Origin: Marsupella aquatica
Taxonomy: Eukaryota; Plantae; Marchantiophyta
Length of the DNA stretch: 64,000 nucleotides
Direction of reading: 5' to 3'
NCBI GenBank assembly: GCA_973895155.1
Contig: OZ316897.1
Span: 13,329,375-13,393,374 of the forward strand
Shown: piece after piece, positions 40,694-51,506 of the stretch
Layout: the number at the start of each line of letters is the position of its first letter
Position numbering within the stretch: position 1 is the stretch's first letter
Made by a program: the position numbers and the translations under genes
The notes under the pieces: model-generated
The model's database searches: none
The model's input: the letters and a program-made list of their open reading frames with translations, nothing else
Told to the model about the DNA's origin: nothing

Positions 40694-41608
40694 CTACAAT
40701 AATTTTGCTTCATCGTCATTTTGACTAACCTTCCAAATTGCTGCACCTAAGACATTGGCGAGTGAGTGGGCAGCCATTGGAGAAATCAGATCACATGTAT
40801 AAAGGCCCAGTATTCCATAAACCACTCCCACAAATGAAGCCCATAATGCAAAAGAAGCATTCCGACCACCGGTGACATGCAGTGCCCCAAATATAACTCC
40901 TGCTCCTAAGACACCTTTCCAATCAGGCCCAAATAACGGCAACAGAGCCCCACGAAACAGGAATTCCTCACTCATCCCAGAGAGAAAAGAAACTGAGACG
41001 ATGTCAACAGCCTCCAAAGAGCTGAGCACCTGCTTGTTGGCCACTTGCGTAGACTCAGCAAAGTCTGGCCACAATTGCAAGAGCGTTAGACGGAGAGAGG
41101 TCACCAGAACTACCACACCCATTGTCGGGATGACATGCCACAGCTCGGTCCGCAATGGCATTAGAATGGTAATGTCTGGGATGTCCAGCCACCGACCCTC
41201 AGCACCGGAGTGAGAAACATGCCGTAGAAGAAAACCAGCCAATGAAAGACCCGCCGAAGTGCCAACGCAGGCTTTCCATACAGAAACCCTGTCTGCAACA
41301 AGAAGCTTGACGTTTGTCTCTCCTGGACCATCTTTCTGGTCAGGAGCATGATCCTCGATGGTCGCTTGCTGAGCTGACCTTAGGTCTGTTCTTGTGGGCT
41401 CTTCTACAGCAAAATGCGAAGTGGAGCTGCCTTGTTTGACGGGAGCCCCATTCTTCTTCAACTGATCGGAACCTGTCACCAAATCTCTCCTTGTGGATGT
41501 GCTAGACCTCTGCTTCTTCCGTGATTGATCTTTCCTTTCTGCTAGAGCGTTTATGCGAAACCCAGTGGCAATTGAAGTGCTCGGGGAGAGGACATTGAGG
41601 ATGGACAT
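40694..41608 (-). CDS. CPBP/Abi (CAAX amino-terminal protease family) intramembrane metalloprotease, intronless, 304 aa, probably plastid-targeted
   Basis: Motifs SGMSEEFLFRGALLP, IFGALH and MAAHSLAN are the CPBP EExxxR, FxxxH and HxxxN signatures. There are several TM helices and a Ser/Arg-rich transit-peptide-like N-terminus. Confidence 0.9.
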   Translation of the reverse strand: MSILNVLSPSTSIATGFRINALAERKDQSRKKQRSSTSTRRDLVTGSDQLKKNGAPVKQGSSTSHFAVEEPTRTDLRSAQQATIEDHAPDQKDGPGETNVKLLVADRVSVWKACVGTSAGLSLAGFLLRHVSHSGAEGRWLDIPDITILMPLRTELWHVIPTMGVVVLVTSLRLTLLQLWPDFAESTQVANKQVLSSLEAVDIVSVSFLSGMSEEFLFRGALLPLFGPDWKGVLGAGVIFGALHVTGGRNASFALWASFVGVVYGILGLYTCDLISPMAAHSLANVLGAAIWKVSQNDDEAKLL

Positions 41609-41973
41609 GGCTGCATCAGAATCAGAACATCAGAATCAGAACATCGAGTTTCTACGTTGAGGCGTCTCTTGTTCTCTTCTTCTGATTAGTGTGCTGGCAA
41701 ATAACAAGCTCAATTTAACCCGACCCGCACCAACGAATTTTGCCTGCAATGAAAATCTTCGTCCTTCGAAAAATTCTGCCGCAGCTCAAACTGGGGGTCT
41801 AGTCTACTGCGCACCTCTCAATTACTCTTTACTTGATGATGTCGCAAAGCCATTCAAAACTATAGAGTTAGGAACGGGTGAAAGAAAGGATGATCCCTCG
41901 TCGTTAAGCACAAAATCGGACTAACCGACAATTCTTGGAAGGACACAAATCTAATCTATTCTTGGACGGACAA

Positions 41974-42330
41974 GCTTGAATGGCAGCGCAGATGGCGAGA
42001 TTAAGTCCGATCCACGAGCTCGAGTGCCGCGACTGCATTATCTTTTCGAGAATCTGGACTGCCTTTCTGCAATTGAGTACAAGAGTCGTGTCATCAAGCA
42101 TAGAATCAAAATTTCTCATCGATTTTAATAGCAAATTAATATAAACGTGTAAGAATTTTATACATCGATAAGGGCCTTCTACAATAGACAAGCCAACGTG
42201 GTGAGAGTTCGGCCATCGAAGGGGACAATGAATAACAAACTCACTACAGAATCCCTAAAACAAACACGAGAGATAACCACGGTGGGCCTCTTATTGTCAA
42301 CAATCAACGGCAACAGCAAAGCAGCTCAAC
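41974..42330 (-). pseudogene. Truncated, frameshifted duplicate of the IES6 5' end (ATG exon, intron and start of exon 2)
   Basis: 41974-42271 aligns with 36155-36462 (gcttgaatggcagc.cagatggc.agattaagtccga..ccacgagctc..gtgccgcgactgcattatcttt.cgagaatctggactgcctttctgcaa...gagttcggccatcga.gggga). It has a 1-nt deletion in the coding part. A gcaacagca..gcagctcaa match also occurs at ~42310 versus ~36602. Confidence 0.9.
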
Positions 42331-43046
42331 CTTTGTCAGGGAATTGAAAACAAATGACCCGACAACCATCGACAACCATCGACAACCTTCTCCGCGGAAT
42401 TGCTGATGGAGTCGAGCTGCGCCAATTTGCGTTTCATCCCGAAGCAAGGCTCTCCGGCATCTACAGAGAAGAGCACAAATCAGAATAGAATTGTCGTCAA
42501 ATCGAACTGAGCATGGCGGAAATTTGGTGAGTGGACGCCCGCTCCTTCGCTATCGACCTCTCGCGAATAAACAGTGATCGAATGATGAAGTGCAGACGAC
42601 GGATTACGAATGTGTGCTACCCAGCGAATTTTTTTGGCGAAGATTAGCCAATCACTTACCTTAAAACAGGCAGGCTGATGATACTCATGCGTAAATTTAA
42701 AAACCAGCTTTTTTATTAACCTGTTCCCCAAACTTCCCCATGTTACAAACTGCCCCAAAAACAAAATTAATTGCCCGTCTCCTATATGGTATTGGGGTCA
42801 GTATTGACTCATATAGGGTTTACCATTGCCATGTGGCAACTCACTATTGGCTAGTCTTAATCTGCTGCCACCCCCCTCGGCCCCCCCTTCCCTGTTGCAG
42901 GGCACAGTTGCAGGTCCGAGAGGGGTAAAAGTTTCTCATTTTCTGTTCCACACTCCCCTCACAAAAAACCTGACGCTTGGGTCCTCATTTTTACTCAAGA
43001 AAATGCAGGGGGGAAGGGGAAGGGGGTTTTGGCTGGAGTTCACTTG

Positions 43047-43273
43047 AAGGGAGGATGGTGTACAATACCTTCAAGAAATATGGTCCTTCAAGAAATATCC
43101 CAGAAGGTATCCTAGGACCATATTCTTGAAGGTATTGTACACCATATTCTTTAAAATATTGTACATCTTACTGTCAAAACAGGAAGGTCATGTTCAGCCT
43201 ATTTTGACCACAAACCTGTGGTCATGGGCCTGGTCTACAATACCAGGCCTGTGACCAAATCTATGTGGTCACA
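43047..43273. other. Two adjacent inverted-repeat hairpins
   Basis: Hairpin 1: atggtgtacaataccttcaagaaatatggtcct (43055-43087) pairs with aggaccatattcttgaaggtattgtacaccat (43114-43145). Hairpin 2: tgaccacaaacctgtggtcatgggcctggt (43205-43234) pairs with accaggcctgtgaccaaatctatgtggtca (43242-43271). Confidence 0.8.
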
Positions 43274-45404
43274 ACTGGCTTAACAATATGGTTTTCAAAT
43301 ATGTTTTGGGCCATTTTCTGCTAATTGCTGCCTCCAATGTGTTTGGGGCCATTTTCAGGCCCCCATCACTTCAAGTGAACTTTGTTCAGCCAATAAGAGT
43401 GTATGTTTTACATCTCTTTGTTAATGTGCAGCGTAAGTCTACTGAAAAATGCCATGCACTTATGAGTAAGTGAAATTTGATGGCAGTGTGCACTTTACAA
43501 AACGCTTGTAAAGTTGTCATTTACCAACACATGGTCGGGCCTGTTTCCACTTACAGAAGGGGCAGAGCTCAGCTCAGCTTTCTCACAAAATACTAAAAAT
43601 AAAGCCCTTATTGTTGAGATTTGGGGGGCCAAGCTCCAGATATTTTTATTTCAAGGCTTGGGGTTTGACAATACCAATGTGTTCAAAACTAGTAGAACAT
43701 ATATTTCTACCTAAACCTTATAATACCCTGACATATGAAGATTAAACTAATTGTGCTCACCTTTGTATTTTCTAATGCTTCTAGCTGAGGACCACATGCA
43801 ACAACCAAGTTTGGTATTTGATGATTGGTAATGGATTTTTATTTTTATTTTTTGGAGTATGATGTTTAGGGTCACAAGAATACTGTTAGCAAACGCAGAG
43901 GTAAATGGCCAAACAAGTTCCTGTGCCAAAGCTTCCAACAAAGTCCCTGGACAACCTGATGGATGCTTTTGGGGGTCTACCATGTATTTGGAAAATATGA
44001 ATTATGTAAATGGGTCACTGTGGTACCTCCAGTCTGCCTGCCCAAACATCACAAACTCCAGGTGTCACAAATGCTGAAAACACTAACAAATGGACTGATT
44101 CATAACAACGATCACATTATCTTCCTTTTTCTGGAAAGGGCACAATTGGCTTGCAGACAAGAAAATCCCTCAATATAAAACTTGAATTTTTTCCATATAT
44201 ACTCCTATACTATTACAAGAGATTGTGGTGCATAACACAAAACTTGCTGAACATAGTTTGGAACATCACCCCATTGCCACACCATACTAAAAACTGGAGA
44301 AGACCTCTTTGGCGGCGGATTAGACTGGAGACCCAAGAGCACCTTATTAGAGAACTCCCACTGGTGCACACCAAACAGCCCCACCATCTAGGAGATGTTG
44401 GAAGCAAGTGACACACTTGCCCATCCAGGCCCTCAAACAGGACTTAGGGTTTTGCAACCATCTTGCCTTTCCCACTGACCCACCAAAAACAGCCAGCCGC
44501 AGTTCAACCCCCAAGAATAAATGTATTGTCCAGTGCACTCACCAGAGCAGCTGTAGAGGCATTCAATCAAAAATGAGGTCGCCAATTGCAGTGATTGATT
44601 GGTCTTGGCGTGCTTTGGCTCACTAGCAATTGTCGGTATGTGGAGGAAAAAATGCCAGGCGTCATCTGTCCAAATTTGAAGCTGGCAAGTCCATGTGTGG
44701 GAATGCCATCAATGACATGACCATCAACTACAGATCATGGGTTGCTTTGTGAGAAATTCACTAAGACATTTTACAGATCCCACCAGTCCCTCCAAGACCA
44801 CCATGAATGTAATCGCTTTGCAGAAGTAGAACTTGTGTTGCAGGCTAGACTGATTGTTCTTTCTATTGCAGACCCAGTGTTAGGTGCCTTGCCGACACCT
44901 GTTCACTGGTCGGTCTTTACGGACCCCACTAGAGGTCCCTTCCAAAATTCCTGGCACCACAACGTGCCACGTCAACAACAACTGCAACAAACAAGACTAA
45001 ACGACTCAGATCAACTCTTCCCCCTGATTTTATTAGCCAAGGGGTCCACGAACTAATTTGGGGTTATCCCATCCTGTGGGCTTGTCGACCTTCTGGTAGG
45101 CCCAGGTGCTGACTCCTCTTGGGGGCCACTCTTTTTGTAGGCTGGCTTTTTGGATGAATATAGATTTCAGGCTCTTCCCCATATATTTTCTCCAGGCAGA
45201 CTGGTGGGGTGCCCTTAGATTTAGTTTTGTTTTTTAGACTTTGCACAAAGAACACACCAAGCACATATGAATATGTGGGCCATCTCACTTTGGCCTACGG
45301 TAGAGTTGGCGCGGCTTGAACCCCAGGCCTACAAGTCCTCAACTGTTGTTGGATTCAACAACGTTAAGGAGAGTCTTCTTCTAAAGCTTCTTCCACGAAA
45401 CGAA

Positions 45405-46628
45405 ATGGGGGACGAGAGAACAGCGGCGATGGAGCACGAGCGGGCCGATTCTTTGGACGACAAGGAGGCTGATGAACGACGCCACTCGCCCCACAAAAGG
45501 CGTGCTCGAGATCGAGACGAAGAGCGAGGAGGAGCGTCGAGTGACAGGAAGAGCCGTCGACATCGAAGCCGGAGCCGAAGTCGAAGTCGCAGTCCAGAAA
45601 GGAAAGATCGCTCTCGGAAAAAACGAAGGAAAAAACACGAATCGTCTGATTCTGACTCGCCAGTCTCCCCTTCGGCGAGCTCTGCCTCTTCAGAGCACTC
45701 TTCGTCCTCGGGCGAGAGCAGCGATGGGGAGCGCCCTAAGAGCGACAGGAGACGGAGGGAGCACAAGAGGAGAAGCTCACGGAGGAGCGACAAAGATTCG
45801 AAGGAGAAGAAGAGTAAGAAGCGGAAAAAGAGGCGTCGCAGCAGTAGCCACAAAGACCGTGACGAGGAGGAGGACAGCGAGGCAGAGAAGAAACGGAGGT
45901 TACTTAAGGAGGCTAAAAAACTTCTGAAGAAACATAAACAGAAAGAAGAATCAAACTCGCGTGAGATTGAAGCTTCGGGTAGGAAGGTGGAGAAGATCTC
46001 TGCTGATGATTATTTCTTGAAGAGCAGTGAGTTTGCAACATGGTTGAAAGAGGAACGGGGAGTGTATTTCTCTGACCTAAGTTCGAAGGAGACTCACGAA
46101 TTCTTTGAGGCGTTTGTGGAGAAGTGGAATGCCGGTAGGGTACATCCAAAGTACTACGATGGGATTCAGCAGGCTCCACGGACAAATCACAACTGGGCAA
46201 TCAAGAGAGCGCCAGAGGATGTCGTCGATAAGGAGGAGGAGTATGCTTTAGCCAAGCAGAGGGACAAATATGAGAGGAAGAAGTTCCATAAGGACAACGA
46301 AGCTGAGCTGGATGACATACTTCCCAAAGCTGCTGCAGGTCGGGAAAGACAAATGGAGATGAAGGCAGTCAGGCGGGAACAGGCGCGTGCACGTGAGGAG
46401 AGCCCACCGGAGTTGATGAAGGAAAGAGATATTATGGGTGGTGGGGATGATTTTCAGCAAAGGCTAGCTAGAGAGAAGGCACGCAGGGAGAAGAAGCAGG
46501 CAGAAAAGTTGGCTGCTTACAGTGAGAAAAGTTCTGTGTTTCAGGAGAAAGAAAGTGCAACCATGGACCAGTTTAAAGCCCTAGTGAATGTAGCTGGAGG
46601 AAAGATCACAATTGCGAAGAGACAATGA
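45405..46628 (+). CDS. SCI1: Style cell-cycle inhibitor 1 (SCI1)-like RS/K-rich nuclear protein, intronless, ~407 aa
   Basis: The conserved domain is ISADDYFLKSSEFATWLKEERGVYFSDLSSKETHEFFEAFVEKWNAGRVHPKYYDGI..PRTNHNWAIK, preceded by an RS/basic low-complexity region. An upstream in-frame ATG at 45267 is possible but less likely. Confidence 0.8.
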   Translation: MGDERTAAMEHERADSLDDKEADERRHSPHKRRARDRDEERGGASSDRKSRRHRSRSRSRSRSPERKDRSRKKRRKKHESSDSDSPVSPSASSASSEHSSSSGESSDGERPKSDRRRREHKRRSSRRSDKDSKEKKSKKRKKRRRSSSHKDRDEEEDSEAEKKRRLLKEAKKLLKKHKQKEESNSREIEASGRKVEKISADDYFLKSSEFATWLKEERGVYFSDLSSKETHEFFEAFVEKWNAGRVHPKYYDGIQQAPRTNHNWAIKRAPEDVVDKEEEYALAKQRDKYERKKFHKDNEAELDDILPKAAAGRERQMEMKAVRREQARAREESPPELMKERDIMGGGDDFQQRLAREKARREKKQAEKLAAYSEKSSVFQEKESATMDQFKALVNVAGGKITIAKRQ

Positions 46629-47124
46629 CCCATATGGGTGTGTGCATGTATTTACAATACTAGAAATTAGGGGATTTAGCAAACAGCACCTGACCGACCG
46701 GATTGGCCAAACTTTCAAGTTTTGATTTGAGCTGGAATTTTACACCGGGTTTGATCTCTTCCACTGGCAGTGCCAAGGGTACCCCTTCACTCATCGATTG
46801 ACGCAAGGCTATTGGCATTTTGGGAATTTTGGATAACGAATTTGCACAAACGTTACACATGTTAGAAGCGCGTCACACAGCTTCACGAAATAGAAACAGA
46901 AATATAAACATGGTTTTGTGGACAAGCCTGTTCCCGTCAAGCATGCGTTTCCACGGACGCTTTATCCATTGAGCATGGTTTTGTGCAATCTTGTTGCATT
47001 AAGAGTAATACAGTCCTGATATTGTGAACTGAAAGATAGCACCAAAGCCAGTGATGACTGGTCAAATTCCTAAGCTGCTAGTTGTTAACCTTTTCTTTCC
47101 GTTGGTCACTCAGCCCTCTATTTT

Positions 47125-47302
47125 CCTGCAGCAAGTGAAAGAATGTCCCTCTACTTTCCTGCGGCCAGTGAAAGAATGTTGTTCTGTGACAGAATTACTA
47201 TGAGCTCAAGTCCCTTTCTAGTCTGACGATTAATTGCAGACAGTGAAAGAACATAGTTCTGTGGCAGAATTACTATTAGCTCAAATACCTTTCTAGTGTG
47301 AT
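47125..47302. repeat. ~75-bp tandem duplication in the COX11 3' region
   Basis: cagtgaaagaa..t.gttctgtg.cagaattactat.agctcaa.t.cctttctagt.tga occurs twice, plus a partial copy. Confidence 0.75.
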
Positions 47303-47358
47303 CATGATGTGCAAATATAATTATATTGATATGTACCCTGATGCAGAAATGGTCAACA

Positions 47359-49961
47359 CTACTCGTCTTCCTCCTCATCTTCCACTTTGAAGAACGTATA
47401 TGACAGGATTAGAGAGTTGATGCTATCCATTTTTGGATCCGCTGCAAATTCAGGGTCAATGTAGAACAAGACCTGCGCAAACAAAGACCAGTTCACCCAA
47501 ATGCCAAAGTTCACCGTAGGTTCTAATGATTTTTACATCTTGGGGAAAAAAGCCTACAAAATGCCTTGAGAGTGACTTACTGGCATATCAATTTTCTCTC
47601 CTGGGCGAAGGCGTTGCTCCTCAAAACAAAAACACTGGATTTTGTTGAAATATGCTCCTGCCTGCTTGCCAGAACAGTGGGCTGAGTCAGGTGAGCAAGC
47701 GGGCCTATCAGGGTACTGGCAATGCACATCACCAGGGGTACTGGAGGCTAAAGATAATTCAGTAAGCACCAAGAGTGAAGATGCAATATATATAGCAATT
47801 AAACGGCGAAGACAAAGCAGGTATAACCAAGCAAAGTACAGACACTGGAAGAGTCTAGGAAAGCACCTGCATCGGTGCAACATTATAAGTAGAAACACCG
47901 GTGATATCTTCCGAACTCGTGTTCTCTGCTGTGTAAAATGCCAGGGAGCTTTGTCCAACTTTAACTCTTACCTGCATGTGACAATTTCCTTGGATATTCA
48001 ATGATCTGGCTCTCTTCCCAATTTGCTTGAGGTAAATAGAAGTCTTCCTCGAAGATCACGGTTAAAATAATAATAGTTGGAAATTGCAACTTGACTGTTG
48101 GTGCACCTGCTGCCCCCTCTCTTAACAAAATCATCGAACGGTGCTAAAATAATAGTGTGATCCGAGGCTCCCGAAAATTTCCTTGACATGGAACGCTCCA
48201 GTATTTGGATAGGAACTTAAAGCAGTTTGCAGGACTGAGCTGCTATGCACCTTCACGGGAGATGACATGCTGTTCGGCAATGGTTACCAACTAACTTACC
48301 TGGTTTTGACAAGGAGTGAATTTCCAGGGCATGCTGTCTGCAACATCTGCGTTAAAATGTACCACCAACTCCCTGCCAATCAAACGACATCCTTTAATGA
48401 CTAAGCAATTGTCCGCACCATATTTAGAAGGCAATGTCATCGGGAATATCGGATATCGGGCATTTCCCGCTCTACGACCAGCTGTCACAGTTGTAAAATC
48501 TTCAAACGTGCTACATGATGACACAACTCAAATGGCCGACTTTTGGCAGAGGGTATTCGTCAAAGCCAGGCTCAGTACCACACAAAATGTATCGTGAGGC
48601 AAATTCGCAAAACAAGTCCTTCAATTGCTGAACGCCTCAGATAAACAGATCAGAATAATTCAGATAGATATATAGTACATGGAGGCCGAGAGCATTTGGT
48701 ACCACCCAACGACCTCAGAGGAATGCTTACTGATGATATCACAGTAATTTACAGTAATTTGCAAAATTTACCGATAGCATGAAACGTAATTTCCAGCTGT
48801 CCACCATGTGTGCTCAGACTTTCGACGCAGGTTTGAGACTCAAGGTTCAAATCATCCCTCAGAATACTGCCATGGAATTGAATCTTGTATATTCTCGTAA
48901 TTTTGGACAGAAATTGCATCCCTAAACACGGAAGAAAAGGAGAGGTAGAACCTTGAGGCAGCAGCTTCTTCACTTCCTTGTCGTGCTATCTTCTCTTCTA
49001 CCGACTGAACAGTAACAAAAATGTTGTCATATCGTCAACATCCCAAGGAAGTTTTATAAAAAGGACGCCAGGTATGCCGGCAACATTGAAAGCTAGACCT
49101 GGGTGCCCAGGCAGATTATAAAAGCAGTATTTCCCACTACTAGAACGATGCACCGTAATATATAATGCCCATCGAGCCACTCTGTAAGCTCACACAAGTG
49201 TATATCTAGTATGCAAAACACTACACCTAGTGATAAAACAGATATTCACTGGACAACCGCCAGCATTTTATAGTTAACATCAAAATGGTCTCATACAAAC
49301 TTTGTCCAATAAATTCAATTACCTCGCGTCGCTGGACAGTTCCACCATAGCCAGTGGCTTGACAGAACCTTCGGTACAAAGGGACTGAAGCATAAGTAAA
49401 CCCAACCACAGCCACCACCATCGCCATCAAGTACATGAGCATAGACTGTGACTTCTCCCGGCCAGCATGTTGCGTCCATCTGGTCAGATTCTTCGCCACA
49501 GAGCTACCTCTTACACCCTGTCCATGGACTGCTTCAGACGCAGTGCTTGCCCGACCTGCTTCAGAGAACAATGCAGCTCTGCCTCCTTGTGTAACACCCC
49601 CTCCGATTGGAATCAGAAATCCCTGTGAAATCCTATGATTATTCAGCCCACATCCTGGTCTCGAACCACCGAATTTAGTGAAGCACAGAGCATCCATTAA
49701 CTCGAGCCTGCTGGCAAATCTACTACTAGCGGTAGCAGTGGCGGTGGTAGCAAAAATAGGGCATAATCCCCGACCAGAAGTAGATACTGGAGCTTCTCGT
49801 CCTTCCAACGACCGGAATCCATCCAATTCTCGCAAAAGCGACTTCGACTGTATGTGGCCCTTTGCAATCTGTCGTTCAGCTACATCGCTATTCACTTTCA
49901 AAATACTCCCCGAGAAAGCGTGCTTCAATCTCTTTGCCATAACTCCATAACGCTGCACCAT
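47359..49961 (-). CDS. COX11: Cytochrome c oxidase copper chaperone COX11, mitochondrial, 6 exons, ~354 aa
   Basis: Exons 49961-49323, 49004-48952, 48372-48300, 47971-47867, 47661-47581 and 47472-47359 join in frame. Motifs: [58 protein letters not shown] and LSYTFFKV. Confidence 0.96.
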
Positions 49962-50290
49962 GTTTGCGAGTCAATGGCTTCAGTGGGCTCCAACGATCGA
50001 CGACCTCGATCTGCCTTGCTCCACAAGTGCTTCGCAGAGAACAACAACCTCGCTTACAAGAATCATGCTAAACCCCTAAATGACGTCAAGGAAGAAAGGA
50101 AATCTCTGAGATGAAAGCTTCAAAATTCTTGCATCCGCGCTCAAGACGTGCACCACGACCTTCCTCCAATTCGTCGTGCTCGGCCTAAGCATTCCGTTGA
50201 GGCGTGTCGATACTGTAATTCGATTCTCGACGGATTTCAGGCACTAGAATCGACGATTGTCGACCGATTGTAAGAACACTGTAAGGTTTG

Positions 50291-51120
50291 GAAAAATTGA
50301 ACCACGTTGCAGCTCATGACCAACTGCAGTCATCCGTGTCTAAGTGCACTGTGAAAAATTGAACCACGTTGCAGCTCGTGAACGACTGCAGTCATCCGGG
50401 TCTAAGTGCACCGTGAAACATTGAACCATGTTGCAGCTCATGACCAACTGCAGTCATCCGTGTCTAAGTACACCGTGAAAAATTGAACCACGTTGTAGCT
50501 CATGAATGACTATAGTCAACCATGTCTAAGTGCACCATGAAAAATTGAACCACGTTGCAGTTCATGAACAACTGCAGTCATCCGTGTCTAAGTGCACCGT
50601 GAAAAATTGAACCATGTTGCAGCTCGTGAATGACTATAGTTATCCGTGTCTAAGTGCACCCTGAAAAATTGAATCATGTTGCAGCTCATGAACAACTGCA
50701 GTCATGTGTGTCTAAGTGCACAGTGAAAAATTGAATTACGTTGCAGCTCATAAACAACTACAGTCAGCCATGTCTAAGTGCACCATGAAAACTGAATCAC
50801 ATCCCAGCTCATGAACAACTTCAGTCAGCCTCGTCTAAGTGCACCATAAACAAATCCATTCCCTGCTAAAACCACCAGGGTTCACCAAGTTTGGAGAGGA
50901 CAAAATAGTGCATTTTCTAAATTTCTAATCTCATCAAAGCTAGTGAATGAGTACACTCAATTCATGTCTAAGTGCACCATGGAAAATTGAACCACATTGC
51001 ACCTCATGAACAACTCTAGTCAGCCATGTCTAAGTGCACCATGAACAAATGAGCTCCGTGCTAACACCACCAGGGTTCACCAAGTTAGGGAGGACAAAAT
51101 AGTTCATTTTTTAAACTTTC
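50291..51120. repeat. 62-bp tandem array (9 units, 50291-50848) plus a higher-order duplication of the last unit and its flank (50963-51120)
   Basis: The unit GAAAAATTGAACCACGTTGCAGCTCATGACCAACTGCAGTCATCCGTGTCTAAGTGCACCGT starts every 62 bp (50291, 50353, 50415 ... 50787). Confidence 0.95.
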
Positions 51121-51506
51121 TTACCTACATTATTGACTAATTTGGTAACGTGTATCCATTGGATTTTGTTTTGGGGGAGTTGTGGCCGTTTAAACCACAA
51201 CTGCACATATAAGAGCTACGGGTGACCCATAGCTCTCATTTCCACCTCTCTCTATGAATGGAGGGATGCATGAGTGGTGGGTGAGCTCCACTTTTTTTGG
51301 TAAATTTCAAAATTCACTGCTACCAACAATGAATACTAGTTGAGCAAGAAAGGGGGCTTTTTATATGGGCAGGTGTGGTTTAAGGAGTGAGTTCAGGGCA
51401 CAACATCAAACTTTAGGTGGAAAGCGCTGGCTACCACTGAGGGGGACAAGTCCGTCGCAATGCCTTCATGACACTCTTGAAATCACTTCTCACAATGCCC
51501 ATTTCC

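Noticed and set aside
44150-45260. Possible decayed LINE ORF1 remnant (similar debris at 54340-55500 and 63680-64000)
   Set aside because: Only faint motif resemblance amid many stops, so it is not supportable by eye.
50291-50848. CRISPR-like regular repeat array
   Set aside because: The whole 62-bp unit repeats with no unique spacers, there are no cas genes, and the context is eukaryotic. It is a minisatellite.
28428-50848. Both upstream arrays (F-box and COX11) have a 62-bp period
   Set aside because: The unit sequences are unrelated and the F-box array is a 31-bp dimer, so this is treated as coincidence.
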